A stretch of DNA of 64,000 nucleotides from Eledone cirrhosa (lineage: Eukaryota). Under the pieces are notes generated by a model. The model did not search any database. It was not told where the DNA came from and was given only the letters and a program-made list of their open reading frames with translations. The stretch is from the NCBI GenBank assembly GCA_964016885.1, contig OZ024753.1, positions 17,732,001 to 17,796,000 of the forward strand, written 5' to 3'. The translations under genes were made by a program, and so were the position numbers. The first letter of the stretch is position 1. Every line of letters starts with the position of its first letter. Below are positions 30,801 to 45,800 of this stretch, one piece after another.

Positions 30801-33800
30801 AGTCTAACTACTAGCTGTAGTGGTCTGTAGCACTAGTCTAACTACTAGCTGTAGTTTTCTGTAGCACTAGTCTAACTACTAGCTGTAGTTGTCTGTAGCA
30901 ATCTGTAGCACTAGTCTAACTACTAGCTGTAATGTTCTGCAGCACTAGTCTAACTACTAGCTGTAGTGGTCTGTAGCACTAGTCTAACTACTAACCATAG
31001 TGTTCTGTAGCACTAGTCTAACTACTAGCTGTAGTGGTCTGTAGCACTAGTCTAACTACTGGCTGTAGTGGTCTGTAGCACTAATCTAACTACTAGCTGT
31101 AGTAATCTATAGCACTAGTCTAACTACTAGCTGTAGTAATTTGTAGCACTAGTCTAACTACTAGCTGTAGTGGTCTGTAGCACTAGTCTAACTACTAGCT
31201 ATAGTGGTCTGTAGCACTAGTCTAACTACTAGCTGTAGTGGTCTGTAGCACTAGTCTAACTACCGGCTGTAGTGGTCTGTAGCACTTGTCTATCTATTAG
31301 CTGTAGTGGTCTGTAGCAATCTGTAGCGCTAGTCTAACTACTAGCTGTAGTTGTCTGTAGCACTAGTCTAACTACTAGCTGTAGTGGTCTGTAGCACTAG
31401 TCTAACTACCGGCTGTAGTGGTCTGTAGCACTTGTCTATCTATTAGCTGTAGTGGTCTGTAGCAATCTGTAGCGCTAGTCTAACTACTAGCTGTAGTTGT
31501 CTGTAGCACTAGTCTAACTACTAGCTGTAGTGGTCTGTAGCACTAGTCTAACTACCGGCTGTAGTGGTCTGTAGCACTTGTCTATCTATTAGCTGTAGTG
31601 GTCTGTAGCAATCTGTAGCGCTAGTCTAACTACTGGCTGTAGTGGTCTGTAGCACTAGTCTAACTACTGGCTGTAGTTTTCTGTAGCAATCTGTAGCACT
31701 AGTCTAACTACTAGCTGTAGTGGTCTGTAGAAATCTGTAGCACTAGTCTAACTACTAGCTGTAGTGGTCTGTAGCACTAGTCTAACTACTAACTGTGGTG
31801 GTCTGTAGTACTAGTCTAACTACTAGTTGTAGTGGTCTGTAGCACTAGTCTAACTACTAGCTGTAGTGGTCTGTAGCACTAGTCTAACTACTAGCTGTAG
31901 TGTTCTGTATCACTAGTCTAACTACTAGCTGTAGTTGTCTGTAGCACTGGTATAACTACTAGCTGTAGTGTTCTGTAGCACTAGTCTAACTACTAGCTGT
32001 AATGGTCTGTAGCTCTAGTCTAACTACTAGCTGTAGTTGTCTGTAGCACTAGTCTAACTACTAGCTGTAGTTGTCTGTAGCACTGGTATAACTACTAGCT
32101 GTAGTGTTCTGTAGCACTAGTCTAACTACTAGCTGTAGTGGTCTGTAGCACTAGTCTAACTACTAGCTGTAGTGGTCTGTAGCACTGGTCTAACTACTAG
32201 CTGTAGTGTTCTGTAGCACTGGTCTAACTACTAGCTGTAGTGTTCTGTAGCACTAGTTTAACTACTAGCTGTAGTGTTATGTAGCACTAGTCTAACTACT
32301 AGCTGTAGTGGTCTGTAGCACTAGTCTAACTACTAGCTGTAGTGGTCTGTAACACTAGTCTAACTACTAGCTGTAGTGGTCTGTAGCACTAGTCTAACTA
32401 CTAGCTGTAGTGGTCTGTAGCACTAGTCTAACTACTAGCTGTAGTGTTCTGTATCACTAGTCTAACTACTAGCTGTAGTGGTCTGTATCACTAGTCTAAA
32501 TACTAGCTGTAGCGTTCTGTAGCACTAGTCTAACTACTAGCTGTAGTGGTCTGTAGCAATCTGTGGCGCTAGTCTAACTACTAGCTGTAATGGTCTGTAG
32601 CACTAGTCTAACTACTAGCTGTAGTAATATGTAGCACTAGTCTAACTACTAGCTGTAGTGGTCTGTAGCACTAGTCTAACTACTAGCTGTAGTGGTCTGT
32701 AGCACTTGTCTATCTATTAGCTGCAGTGGTCTGTAGCAATCTGTAGCGCTAGTCTAACTACTAGCGGTAGTAGTCTGTAGCACTAGTCTAACTACTAGCT
32801 GTAGTAATATGTAGCACTAGTCTAACTACTAGCTGTAGTGGTCTGTAGCACTAGTCTAACTACTAGCTATAGTGGTCTGTAGCACTAGTCTAACTACTAG
32901 CTGTAGTGGTCTGTAACACTAGTCTAACTACTAGCTGTAGTGGTCTGTAGCACTAGTCTAACTACTAGCTGTAGTTTTCTGTAGCACTAGTCTAACTACT
33001 AGCTGTAGTGGTCTGTAGCACTTGTCTATCTATTAGCTGTAGTGGTCTGTAGCAATCTGTAGCGCTAGTCTAACTATTAGCTGTAGTTGTCTGTAGCACT
33101 AGTCTAACTACTGGCTGTAGTGGTCTGTAGCACTAGTCTAACTACTAGCTGTAGTTTTCTGTAGCACTAGTCTAACTACTAGCTGTATTGGTCTGTAGCA
33201 ATCAGTAGCACTAGTCTAACTACTAGCTGTAGTAGTCTGTAGCACTAGTCTAACTACTAACTGTAGTTGTCTGTAGCAATCTGTAGCACTAGTCTAACTA
33301 CTAGCTGTAGTGGTCTGTAGCACTAGTCTAACTACTAACTGTGGTGTTCTGTAGCACTAGTCTAACTACTAGCTGTAGTGGTCTGTAGCACTACTCTAAC
33401 TACTAGCTGTAGTGTTCTGTATCACTAGTCTAACTACTAGCTGTAATGGTCTGTAGCTCTAGTCTAACTACTAGCTGTAGTTGTCTGTAGCACTGGTATA
33501 ACTACTAGCTAAAGTGGTCTGTAGCACTAGTCTAACTACTAGCTGTAGTGGTCTGTAGCACTGGTCTAACTACTAGCTGTAGTGTTCTGTAGCACTGGTC
33601 TAACTACTAGCTGTAGTGTTCTGTAGCACTAGTTTAACTACTAGCTGTAGTGTTATGTAGCACTAGTCTAACTACTAGCTGTAGTGGTCTGTAGCACTAG
33701 TCTAACTACTAGCTGTAGTGGTCTGTAGCACTAGTCTAACTACTAGCTGTAGTGGTCTGTAGCACTAGTCTAACTACTAGCTGTAATGGTCTGTAGCACT

Positions 33801-36800
33801 AGTCTAACTACTAGCTGTAGTGGTCTGTAGCACTAGTCTAACTACTAGCTGTAATGGTCTGTAGCACTGGTCTAACTACTAGCTGTAGTGTTCTGTAGCA
33901 CTAGTCTAACTACTAGCTGTAGTGTTCTGTAGCACTAGTCTAACTACTAGCTGTATTGGTCTGTAGCAATCAGTAGCACTAGTCTAACTACTAGCTGTAG
34001 TGGTCTGTAGCACTTGTCTATCTATTAGCTCTAGTGGTCTGTAGCACTTGTCTATCTATTAGCTGTAGTGGTCTGTAGCAATCTGTAGCGCTAGTCTAAC
34101 TACTAGCTGTAGTGGTCTGTAGCACTAGTCTAACTACTAGCTGTAGTGGTCTGTAGCACTAGTCTAACTACTAGCTGTAGTTGTCTGTAGCACTAGTCTA
34201 ACTACTAGCTGTAGTGGTCTGTAGCACTAGTCTAACTACTAGCTGTAGTTGTCTGTAGCACTAGTCTAACTACTAGCTGTAGTTGTCTGTAGCACTAGTC
34301 TAACTACTAGCTGTAGTGGTCTGTAGCACTAGTCTAAATACTAGCTGTAATGGTCTGTAGCACTAGTCTAACTACTAGCTGTAGTGGTCTGTAGCACTAG
34401 TCTAACTACTAGCTGTAGTGGTCTGTAGCACTAGTCTAACTACTAGCTGTAGTGGTCTGTAGCACTATTCTAACTACTAGCTGTAGTGGTCTGTTGCACT
34501 AGTCTAACTACTAGCTGTAGTTGTCTGTAGCATTAGTCTAACTACTAGCTGTAATGTTCTGCAGCACTAGTCTAACTACTAGCTGTAGTGGTCTGTAGCA
34601 CTAGTCTAACTACTAGCTGTAGTGGTCTGTAGCACTAGTCTAACTACTAGCTGTAGTTGTCTGTAGCACTAGTCTAACTACTAGCTGTAGTGGTCTGTAG
34701 CACTAGTCTAAATACTAGCTGTAATGGTCTGTAGCACTAGTCTAACTACTAGCTGTAGTGGTCTGTAGCACTAGTCTAACTACTAGCTGTAGTGGTCTGT
34801 AGCACTAGTCTAACTACTAGCTGTAGTGTTCTGTAGCACTAGTCTAACTACTAGCTGTAGTGTTCTGTAGCACTAGTCTAACTACTAACTATAGTGTTCT
34901 GTAGCACTAGTCTAACTACTAGCTGTAGTGTTCTGTAGCACTAGTCTAACTACTAACTATAGTGTTCTGTAGCACTAGTCTAACTACTAGCTGTAGTGGT
35001 CTGTAGCACTAGTCTAACTACTAGCTGTAGTGGTCTGTAGCACTAGTCTAACTACTAGCTGTAGTGGTCTGTAGCACTAGTCTAACTACTAGCTGTAGTG
35101 GTCTGTAGCACTAGTCTAACTACTAGCTGTAGTGTTCTGTATCACTAGTCTAACTACTAGCTGTAGTGGTCTGTATCACTAGTCTAAATACTAGCTGTAG
35201 CGTTCTGTAGCACTAGTCTAACTACTAGCTGTAGTGGTCTGTAGCAATCTGTGGCGCTAGTCTAACTACTAGCTGTAATGGTCTGTAGCACTAGTCTAAC
35301 TACTAGCTGTAGTGTTCTGTAGCACTAGTCTAACTACTAGCTGTAGTGGTCTGTAGCACTAGTCTAACTACTAGCTGTAGTGGTCTGTAGCACTTGTCTA
35401 TCTATTAGCTGCAGTGGTCTGTAGCAATCTGTAGCGCTAGTCTAACTACTAGCGGTAGTAGTCTGTAGCACTAGTCTAACTACTAGCTGTAGTGGTCTGT
35501 AACACTAGTCTAACTACTAGCTGTAGTGGTCTGTAGCACTAGTCTAACTACTAGCTGTAGTTTTCTGTAGCACTAGTCTAACTACTAGCTGTAGTGGTCT
35601 GTAGCACTTGTCTATCTATTAGCTGTAGTGGTCTGTAGCAATCTGTAGCGCTAGTCTAACTATTAGCTGTAGTGGTCTGTAGCACTAGTCTAACTACTAG
35701 CTGTAGTGGTCTGTAGCACTAGTCTAACTACTAGCTGTAGTGGTCTGTAGCACTAGTCTAACTACTAGCTGTAATGGTCTGTAGCACTAGTCTAACTACT
35801 AGCTGTAGTGTTCTGTAGCACTAGTCTAACTACTAGCTGTAGTGGTCTGTAGCACTAGTCTAACTACTAGGTGTAGTGGTCTGTAGCACTTGTCTATCTA
35901 TTAGCTGTAGTGGTCTGTAGCAATCTGTAGCGCTAGTCTATCTACTAGCGGTAGTGGTCTGTAGCACTAGTCTAACTACTAGCTGTAGTAATATGTAGCA
36001 CTAGTCTAACTACTAGCTGTAGTGGTCTGTAGCACTAGTCTAACTACTAGCTATAGTGGTCTGTAGCACTAGTCTAACTACTAGCTGTAGTGGGCTGTAA
36101 CACTAGTCTAACTACTAGCTGTAGTGGTCTGTAGCACTAGTCTAACAACTAGCTGTATTGGTCTGTAGCAATCAGTATCACTAGTCTAACTACTAGCTGT
36201 AGTGTTCTGTAGCACTAGTCTAACTACTAGCTGTAGTGGTCTGTAGCACTAGTCTAACTACTAGCTGTAGTGGTCTGTAGCACTAGTCTAACTACTAGCT
36301 GTAGTGGTCTGTAGCACTAGTCTAACTACTAGCTGTAGTGGTCTGTAGCACTAGTCTAACTACTAGCTGTAGTGGTCTGTAGCACTAGTCTAACTACTAG
36401 CTGTAGTGGTCTGTAGCACTAGTCTAACTACTAGCTGTAGTGGTCTGTAGCACTAGTCTAACTACTAGCTGTAGTGGTCTGTAGCACTAGTCTAACTACT
36501 AGCTGTAGTGGTCTGTAGCACTAGTCTAACTACTAGCTGTAGTGGTCTGTAGCACTAGTCTAACTACTAGCTGTAGTGGTCTGTAGCACTAGTCTAACTA
36601 CTAGCTGTAGTGGTCTGTAGCACTAGTCTAACTACTAGCTGTAGTGGTCTGTAGCACTAGTCTAACTACTAGCTGTAGTTTTCTGTAGCTCTAGTCTAAC
36701 TACTAGCTGTATTGGTCTGTAGCAATCAGTATCACTAGTCTAACTACTAGCTGTAGTGTTCTGTAGCACTAGTCTAACTACTAGCTGTAGTGGTCTGTAG

Positions 36801-39800
36801 CACTAGTCTAACTACTAGCTGTAGTGGTCTGTAGCACTAGTCTAACTACTAGCTGTAGTGGTCTGTAGCACTAGTCTAACTACTAGCTGTAGTGGTCTGT
36901 AGCACTAGTCTAACTACTAGCTGTAGTGGTCTGTAGCACTTGTCTATCTATTAGCTGTAGTGGTCTGTAGCAATCTGTAGCGCTAGTCTAACTACTAGCT
37001 GCAGTGGTCTGTAGCACTAGTCTAACTACTAGCTGTAGTAATATGTAGCACTAGTCTAACTACTAGCTGTAGTGGTCTGTAGCACTAGTCTAACTACTAG
37101 CTGCAGTGGTCTGTAGCACTAGTCTAACTACTAGCTGTAGTAATATGTAGCACTAGTCTAACTACTAGCTGTAGTGGTCTGTAGCATTAGTCTAACTACT
37201 AGCTGTAGTAATATGTAGCACTAGTCTAACTACTAGCTGTAGTGGTCTGTAGCACTAGTCTAACTACTAGCTATAGTGGTCTGTAGCACTAGTCTAACTA
37301 CTAGCTGTAGTGGTCTGTAACACTAGTCTAACTACTAGCTGTAGTGGTCTGTAGCACTAGTCTAACTACTAGCTGTAGTGTTCTGTAGCACTAGTCTAAC
37401 TACTAGCTGTATTGGTCTGTAGCAATCAGTAGCACTAGTCTAACTACTAGCTGTAGTGGTCTGTAGCACTTGTCTATCTATTAGCTCTAGTGGTCTGTAG
37501 CACTTGTCTATCTATTAGCTGTAGTGGTCTGTAGCAATCTGTAGCGCTAGTCTAACTACTAGCTGTAGTTGTCTGTAGCACTAGTCTAACTACTAGCTGT
37601 AGTTGTCTGTAGCACTAGTCTAACTACTAGCTGTAGTGGTATGTAGCACTAGTCTAAATACTAGCTGTAATGGTCTGTAGCACTAGTCTAACTACTAGCT
37701 GTAGTGGTCTGTAGCACTAGTCTAACTACTAGCTGTAGTGGTATGTAGCACTAGTCTAAATACTAGCTGTAATGGTCTGTAGCACTAGTCTAACTACTAG
37801 CTGTAGTGGTCTGTAGCACTAGTCTAACTACTAGCTGTAGTTGTCTGTAGCATTAGTCTAACTACTAGCTGTAATGTTCTGCAGCACTAGTCTAACTACT
37901 AGCTGTAGTGGTCTGTAGCACTAGTCTAACTACTAGCTGTAGTGTTCTGTAGCACTAGTCTAACTACTAGCTGTAGTGTTCTGTAGCACTAGTCTAACTA
38001 CTAACTATAGTGTTCTGTAGCACTAGTCTAACTACTAGCTGTAGTGTTCTGTAGCACTAGTCTAACTACTAGCTGTAGTGGTCTGTAGCACTATTCTAAC
38101 TACTAGCTGTAGTGGTCTGTTGCACTAGTCTAACTACTAGCTGTAGTTGTCTGTAGCATTAGTCTAACTACTAGCTGTAATGTTCTGCAGCACTAGTCTA
38201 ACTACTAGCTGTAGTGGTCTGTAGCACTAGTCTAACTACTAGCTGTAGTGTTCTGTATCACTAGTCTAACTACTAGCTGTAGTGGTCTGTAGCACTAGTC
38301 TAACTACTAGCTGTAGTGTTCTGTAGCACTAGTCTAACTACTAGCTGTAGTGGTCTGTAGCAATCTGTGGCGCTAGTCTAACTACTAGCTGTAATCGTCT
38401 GTAGCACTAGTCTAACTACTAGCTGTAGTGTTCTGTAGCACTAGTCTAACTACTAGCTGTAGTGGTCTGTAGCACTAGTCTAACTACTAGGTGTAGTGGT
38501 CTGTAGCACTTGTCTATCTATTAGCTGTAGTGGTCTGTAGCAATCTGTAGCGCTAGTCTAACTACTAGCGGTAGTGGTCTGTAGCACTAGTCTAACTACT
38601 AGCTGTAGTAATATGTAGCACTAGTCTAACTACTAGCTGTAGTGGTCTGTAGCACTAGTCTAACTACTAGCTATAGTGGTCTGTAGCACTAGTCTAACTA
38701 CTAGCTGTAGTGGGCTGTAACACTAGTCTAACTACTAGCTGTAGTGGTCTGTAGCACTAGTCTAACTACTAGCTGTAGTTTTCTGTAGCACTAGTCTAAC
38801 TACTAGCTGTATTGGTCTGTAGCAATCAGTATCACTAGTCTAACTACTAGCTGTAGTGGTCTGTAGCACTAGTCTAACTACTAGCTGTAGTGGTCTGTAG
38901 CACTAGTCTAACTACTAGCTATAGTGGTCTGTAGCACTAGTCTAACTACTAGCTGTAGTGGTCTGTAACACTAGTCTAACTACTAGCTGTAGTGGTCTGT
39001 AGCACTAGTCTAACTACTAGCTGTAGTGTTCTGTAGCACTAGTCTAACTACTAGCTGTATTGGTCTGTAGCAATCAGTAACACTAGTCTAACTACTAGCT
39101 GTAGTGGTTTGTAGCACTTGTCTATCTATTAGCTCTAGTGGTCTGTAGCACTTGTCTATCTATTAGCTGTAGTGGTCTGTAGCAATCTGTAGCGCTAGTC
39201 TAACTACTAGCTGTACTTTTCTGCAGCACTAGTCTAACTACTAGCTGTAGTGGTCTGTAGCACTAGTCTAACTACTAGCTGTAGTGTTCTGTAGCACTAG
39301 TCTAACTACTAGCTGTAGTGTTCTGTAGCACTAGTCTAACTACTAACTATAGTGTTCTGTAGCACTAGTCTAACTACTAGCTGTAGTGTTCTGTAGCACT
39401 AGTCTAACTACTAACTATAGTGTTCTGTAGCACTAGTCTAACTACTAGCTGTAGTGTTCTGTACCACTAGTCTAACTACTAGCTGTAGTGTTCTGTAGCA
39501 CTAGTCTAACTACTAGCTGTAGTGTTCTGTACCACTAGTCTAACTACTAACTATAGTGTTCTGTACCACTAGTCTAACTACTAGCTGTAGTGTTCTGTAC
39601 CACTAGTCTAACTACTAGCTGTAGTGTTCTGTAGCACTAGTCTAACTACTAGCTGTAGTGGTCTGTAGCACTAGTCTAACTACTAACTATAGTGTTCTGT
39701 AGCACTAGTCTAACTACTAGCTGTAGTGGTCTGTAGCACTAGTCTAACTACTGGCTGTAGTGGTCTGTAGCACTAGTCTAACTACTAGCTGTAGTAATAT

Positions 39801-42800
39801 GTAGCACTAGTCTAACTACTAGCTGTAGTAATATGTAGCACTAGTCTAACTACTAGCTGTAGTGGTCTGTAGCACTAGTCTAACTACTAGCTGTAGTGGT
39901 CTGTAGCACTAGTCTAACTACTGGCTGTAGTGGTCTGTAGCACTAGTCTAACTACTAGCTGTAGTAATATGTAGCACTAGTCTAACTACTAGCTGTAGTA
40001 ATATGTAGCACTAGTCTAACTACTAGCTGTAGTGGTCTGTAGCACTAGTCTAACTACTAGCTGTAGTGGTCTGTAGCACTAGTCTAACTACTGGCTGTAG
40101 TGGTCTGTAGCACTAGTCTAACTACTAGCTGTAGTAATATGTAGCACTAGTCTAACTACTAGCTGTAGTAATATGTAGCACTAGTCTAACTACTAGCTAT
40201 AGTGGTCTGTAGCACTAGTCTAACTACTAGCTGTAGTGGTCTGTAGCACTAGTCTAACTACTGGCTGTAGTGGTCTGTAGCACTAGTCTAACTACTAGCT
40301 GTAGATTTCTGTAGCACTAGTCTAACTACTAGCTGTATTTGTCTGTAGCAATCAGTCGCACTAGTCTAACTACTAGCTGTAGTAGTCTGTAGCACTAGTC
40401 TAACTACTAACTGTAGTTGTCTGTAGCAATCTGTAGCACTAGTCTAACTACTAGCTGTAGTGGTCTGTAGCAATCTGTAGCACTAGTCTAACTACTAGCT
40501 GTATTTGTCTGTAGCAATCAGTCGCACTAGTCTAACTACTAGCTGTAGTAGTCTGTAGCACTAGTCTAACTACTAGCTGTGGTTGTCTGTAGCAATCTGT
40601 AGCACTAGTCTAACTACTAGCTGTAGTGGTCTGTAGCAATCTGTAGCACTAGTCTAACTACTAGCTGTAGTGGTCTGTAGCACTAGTCTAACTACTAGCT
40701 GTGGTTGTCTGTAGCACTAGTCTAACTACTAGCTGTAGAGGTCTGTAGCACTAGTCTAACTACTAGCTGTGGTTGTCTGTAGCACTAGTCTAACTACTAG
40801 CTGTAGTGGTCTGTAGCACTAGTCTAACTACTAGCTGTGGTTGACTGTAGCACTAGTCTAACTACTAGCTGTAGTGGTCTGTAGCACTAGTCTAACTACT
40901 AGCTGTGGTTGTCTGTAGCACTAGTCTAACTACTAGCTGTAGTGGTCTGTAGCACTAGTCTAACTACTAGCTCTAGTGTTCTGTATCACTAGTCTAACTA
41001 CTAGCTGTAGTGTTATGTATCACTAGTCTAACTACTAGCTGTAATGGTCTGTAGCACTAGTTTAACTACTAGCTGTAGTTGTCTGTAGCACTAGTCTAAC
41101 TACTAGCTGTAGTTGTCTGTAGCACTGGTATAACTACTAGCTGTAGTGGTCTGTAGCACTAGTCTAACTACTAGCTGTAGTGTTCTGTAGCAATAGTCTA
41201 ACTACTAGCTGTAGTGTTCTGTAGCAATCTGTAACACTAGTCTAACTACTAGCTGTAGTGGTCTGTAGCACTAGTCTAACTACTAGCTGTAGTGGTCTGC
41301 AGCACTAGTCTAACTACTAGCTGTAGTGTTCTGTAGCACTAGTCTAACTACTAACTATAGTGTTCTGTAGCACTAGTCTAACTACTAGCTGTAGTGGTCT
41401 GTAGCACTAGTCTAACTACTAACTATAGTGTTCTGTAGCACTAGTCTAACTACTAGCTGTAGTGTTCTGTAGCACTAGTCTAACTACTAGCTGTTGTGGT
41501 CTGTAGCACTAGTCTAACTACTGGCTGTAGTGGTCTGTAGCACTAATCTAACTACTAGCTGTAGTAATCTATAGCACTAGTCTAACTACTAGCTGTAGTA
41601 ATATGTAGCACGAGTCTAACTACTAGCTGTAGTGGTCTGTAGCACTAGTTTAAATACTAGCTATAGTGGTCTGTAGCACTAGTCTAACTACTGGCTGTAG
41701 TGGTCTGTAGCACTAGTCTAACTACTAGCTGTAGATTTCTGTAGCACTAGTCTAACTACTAGCTGTATTTGTCTGTAGCAATCAGTAGCACTAGTCTAAC
41801 TACTAGCTGTAGTAGTCTGTAGCACTAGTCTAACTACTAACTGTAGTTGTCTGTAGCAATCTGTAGCACTAGTCTAACTACTAGCTGTAGTGGTCTGTAG
41901 CAATCTGTAGCTCTAGTCTAACTACTAGCTGTAGTGGTCTGTAGCACTAGTCTAACTACTAGCTGTGGTTGTCTGTAGCACTAGTCTAACTACTAGCTGT
42001 AGTGGTCTGTAGCACTAGTCTAACTACTAACTATAGTGTTCTGTAGCACTAGTCTAACTACTAAATATAGTGTTCTGTAGCGCTAGTCTAACTACTGGCT
42101 GTAGTGGTCTGTAGCACTAATCTAACTACTAGCTGTAGTAATCTATAGCACTAGTCTAACTACTAGCTGTAGTGGTCTGTAGCACTAGTCTAACTACTAG
42201 CTATAGTGGTCTGTAGCACTAGTCTAACTACTAGCTGTAGTGGTCTGTAGCACTAGTCTAACTACTAGCTGTAGATTTCTGTAGCACTAGTCTAACTACT
42301 AGCTGTATTTGTCTGTAGCAATCAGTCGCACTAGTCTAACTACTAGCTGTAGTAGTCTGTAGCACTAGTCTAACTACTAGCTGTAGTGGTCTGTAGCAAT
42401 CTGTAGCACTAGTCTAACTACTAGCTGTAGTGGTCTGTAGCACTAGTCTAACTACTAGCTGTGGTTGTCTGTAGCACTAGTCTAACTACTAGCTGTAGTG
42501 GTCTGTAGCACTAGTCTAACTACTAGCTCTAGTGTTCTGTATCACTAGTCTAACTACTAGCTGTAGTGGTCTGTAGCACTAGTCTAACTACTAGCTGTAG
42601 TGTTCTGTAGCACTAGTCTAACTACTAGCTGTAGTGTTATGTATCACTAGTCTAACTACTAGCTGTAATGGTCTGTAGCACTAGTTTAACTACTAGCTGT
42701 AGTTGTCTGTAGCACTAGTCTAACTACTAGCTGTAGTTGTCTGTAGCACTGGTCTAACTACTAGCTGTAGTGGTCTGTAGCACTAGTCTAACTACTAGCT

Positions 42801-45800
42801 GTAGTGGTCTGCAGCACTAGTCTAACTACTAGCTGTAGTGGTCTGTAGCACTAGTCTAACTACTAGCTGTAGTGGTCTGCAGCACTAGTCTAACTACTAG
42901 CTGTAGTGTTCTGTAGCACTAGTCTAACTACTAGCTGTAGTGGTCTGCAGCACTAGTCTAACTACTAACTATAGTGTTCTGTAGCACTAGTCTAACTACT
43001 AACTATAGTGTTCTGTAGCACTAGTCTAACTACTAGCTGTAGTGGTCTGTAGCACTAGTCTAACTACTAACTATAGTGTTCTGTAGCACTAGTCTAACTA
43101 CTAACTATAGTGTTCTGTAGCACTAGTCTAACTACTAGCTGTTGTGGTCTGTAGCACTAGTCTAACTACTGGCTGTAGTGGTCTGTAGCACTAGTCTAAC
43201 TACTAGCTGTAGTAATATGTAGCACGAGTCTAACTACTAGCTGTAGTAATATGTAGCACTAGTCTAACTACTAGCTGTAGTGGTCTGTAGCACTAGTTTA
43301 AATACTAGCTATAGTGGTCTGTAGCACTAGTCTAACTACTGGCTGTAGTGGTCTGTAGCACTAGTCTAACTACTAGCTGTAGATTTCTGTAGCACTAGTC
43401 TAACTACTAGCTGTAGTTGTCTGTAGCAATCAGTAGCACTAGTCTAACTACTAGCTGTAGTAGTCTGTAGCACTAGTCTAACTACTAACTGTAGTTGTCT
43501 GTAGCAATCAGTAGCACTAGTCTAACTACTAGCTGTAGTAGTCTGTAGCACTAGTCTAACTACTAACTGTAGTTGTCTGTAGCAATCTGTAGCACTAGTC
43601 TAACTACTAGCTGTAGTGTTCTGTAGCACTAGTCTAACTACTAGCTGTAGTGGTCTGTAGCACTAGTCTAACTACTAGCTGTAGTGTTCTGTAGCAATCT
43701 GTAACACTAGTCTAACTACTAGCTGTATTTGTCTGTAGCAATCAGTAGCACTAGTCTAACTACTAACTGTAGTTGTCTGTAGCAATCTGTAGCACTAGTC
43801 TAACTACTAGCTGTAGTGGTCTGTAGCAATCTGTAGCACTAGTCTAACTACTAGCTGTAGTGGTCTGTAGCACTAGTCTAACTACTAGCTGTGGTTGTCT
43901 GTAGCACTAGTCTAACTACTAGCTGTAGTGGTCTGTAGCACTAGTCTAACTACTAGCTGTAGTGTTCTGTATCACTAGTCTAACTACTAGCTGTAGTGGT
44001 CTGTAGCACTAGTCTAACTACTAGCTGTAGTGGTCTGTAGCACTAGTCTAACTACTAGCTGTAGTGGTCTGTAGCACTAGTCTAACTACTAGCTGTAGTG
44101 TTCTGTATCACTAGTCTAACTACTAGCTGTTGTGGTCTGTAGCACTAGTCTAACTACTAGCTGTAGTGGTCTGTAGCACTAGTCTAACTACTAACTATAG
44201 TGTTCTGTAGCACTAGTCTAACTACTAGCTGTAGTGTTCTGTAGCACTAGTCTAACTACTAGCTGTAGTGTTCTGTATCACTAGTCTAACTACTAGCTGT
44301 AATGGTCTGTAGCACTGGTATAACTACTAGCTGAAGTGGTCTGTAGCACTAGTCTAACTACTAGCTGTAGTGGTCTGTAGCACTAGTCTAACTACTAGCT
44401 GTAGTGTTCTGTAGCACTAGTCTAACTACTAGCTGTAGTGTTATGTAGCACTAGTCTAACTACTAGCTGTAGTGTTATGTAGCACTAGTCTAACTACTAG
44501 CTGTAGTGTTATGTATCACTAGTCTAACTACTAGCTGTAGTGTTCTGTAGCACTAGTCTAACTACTAGCTGTAATGGTCTGTAGCACTAGTCTAACTACT
44601 ATCTGTAGTGTTCTGTATCACTAGTCTAACTACTAGCTGTAGTGGTCTGTAGCACTAGTCTAACTACTAGCTGTAGTGGTCTGTAGCACTAGTTTAACTA
44701 CTAGCTGTAGTGATCTGTTGCACTAGTCTAACTACTAGCTGTAGTGTTCTGTATCACTAGTCTAACTACTAGCTGTAGTGGTCTGTAGCGCTAGTCTAAC
44801 TACTAGCTGTAGTGTTATGTAGCATTAGTCTAACTACTAGCTGTAGTGGTCTGTAGCACTAGTCTAACTACTAGCTGTAGTGGTCTGTAGCACTAGTCTA
44901 ACTACTAGCTGTAGTGGTCTGTAGCACTAGTCTAACTACTAGCTGTAGTGTTCTGTATCACTAGTCTAACTACTAGCTGTAGTGGTCTGTAGCACTAGTC
45001 TAACTACTAGCTGTAGTGGTCTGTAGCACTAGTCTAACTACTAGCTGTAGTGGTCTGTAGCACTAGTCTAACTACTAGCTGTAGTGGTCTGTAGCACTAG
45101 TCTAACTACTAGCTGTAGTGGTCTGTAGCACTAGTCTAACTACTAGCTGTAGTGGTCTGTAGCACTAGTCTAACTACTAGCTGTAGTGGTCTGTTGCACT
45201 AGTCTAACTACTAGCTGTAGTGTTCTGTATCACTAGTCTAACTAATAGCTGTAGTGTTCTGTATCACTAGTCTAACTACTAGCTGTAGTGGTCTGTAGCA
45301 CTAGTCTAACTACTAGCTGTAGTGTTCTGTATCACTAGTCTAACTACTAGCTGTAGTGGTCTGTAGCACTAGTCTAACTACTAGCTGTAGTGGTCTGTAG
45401 CACTAGTCTAACTACTAGCTGTAGTGTTCTGTATCACTAGTCTAACTACTAGCTGTAGTGGTCTGTAGCACTAGTTTAACTACTAGCTGTAGTGATCTGT
45501 TGCACTAGTCTAACTACTAGCTGTAGTGTTCTGTATCACTAGTCTAACTAATAGCTGTAGTGTTCTGTATCACTAGTCTAACTACTAGCTGTAGTGGTCT
45601 GTAGCACTAGTCTAACTACTAGCTGTAGTGTTCTGTATCACTAGTCTAACTACTAGCTGTAGTGGTCTGTAGCACTAGTCTAACTACTAGCTGTAGTGGT
45701 CTGTAGCACTAGTCTAACTACTAGCTGTAGTGTTCTGTATCACTAGTCTAACTACTAGCTGTAGTGGTCTGTAGCACTAGTCTAACTACTAGCTGTAGTG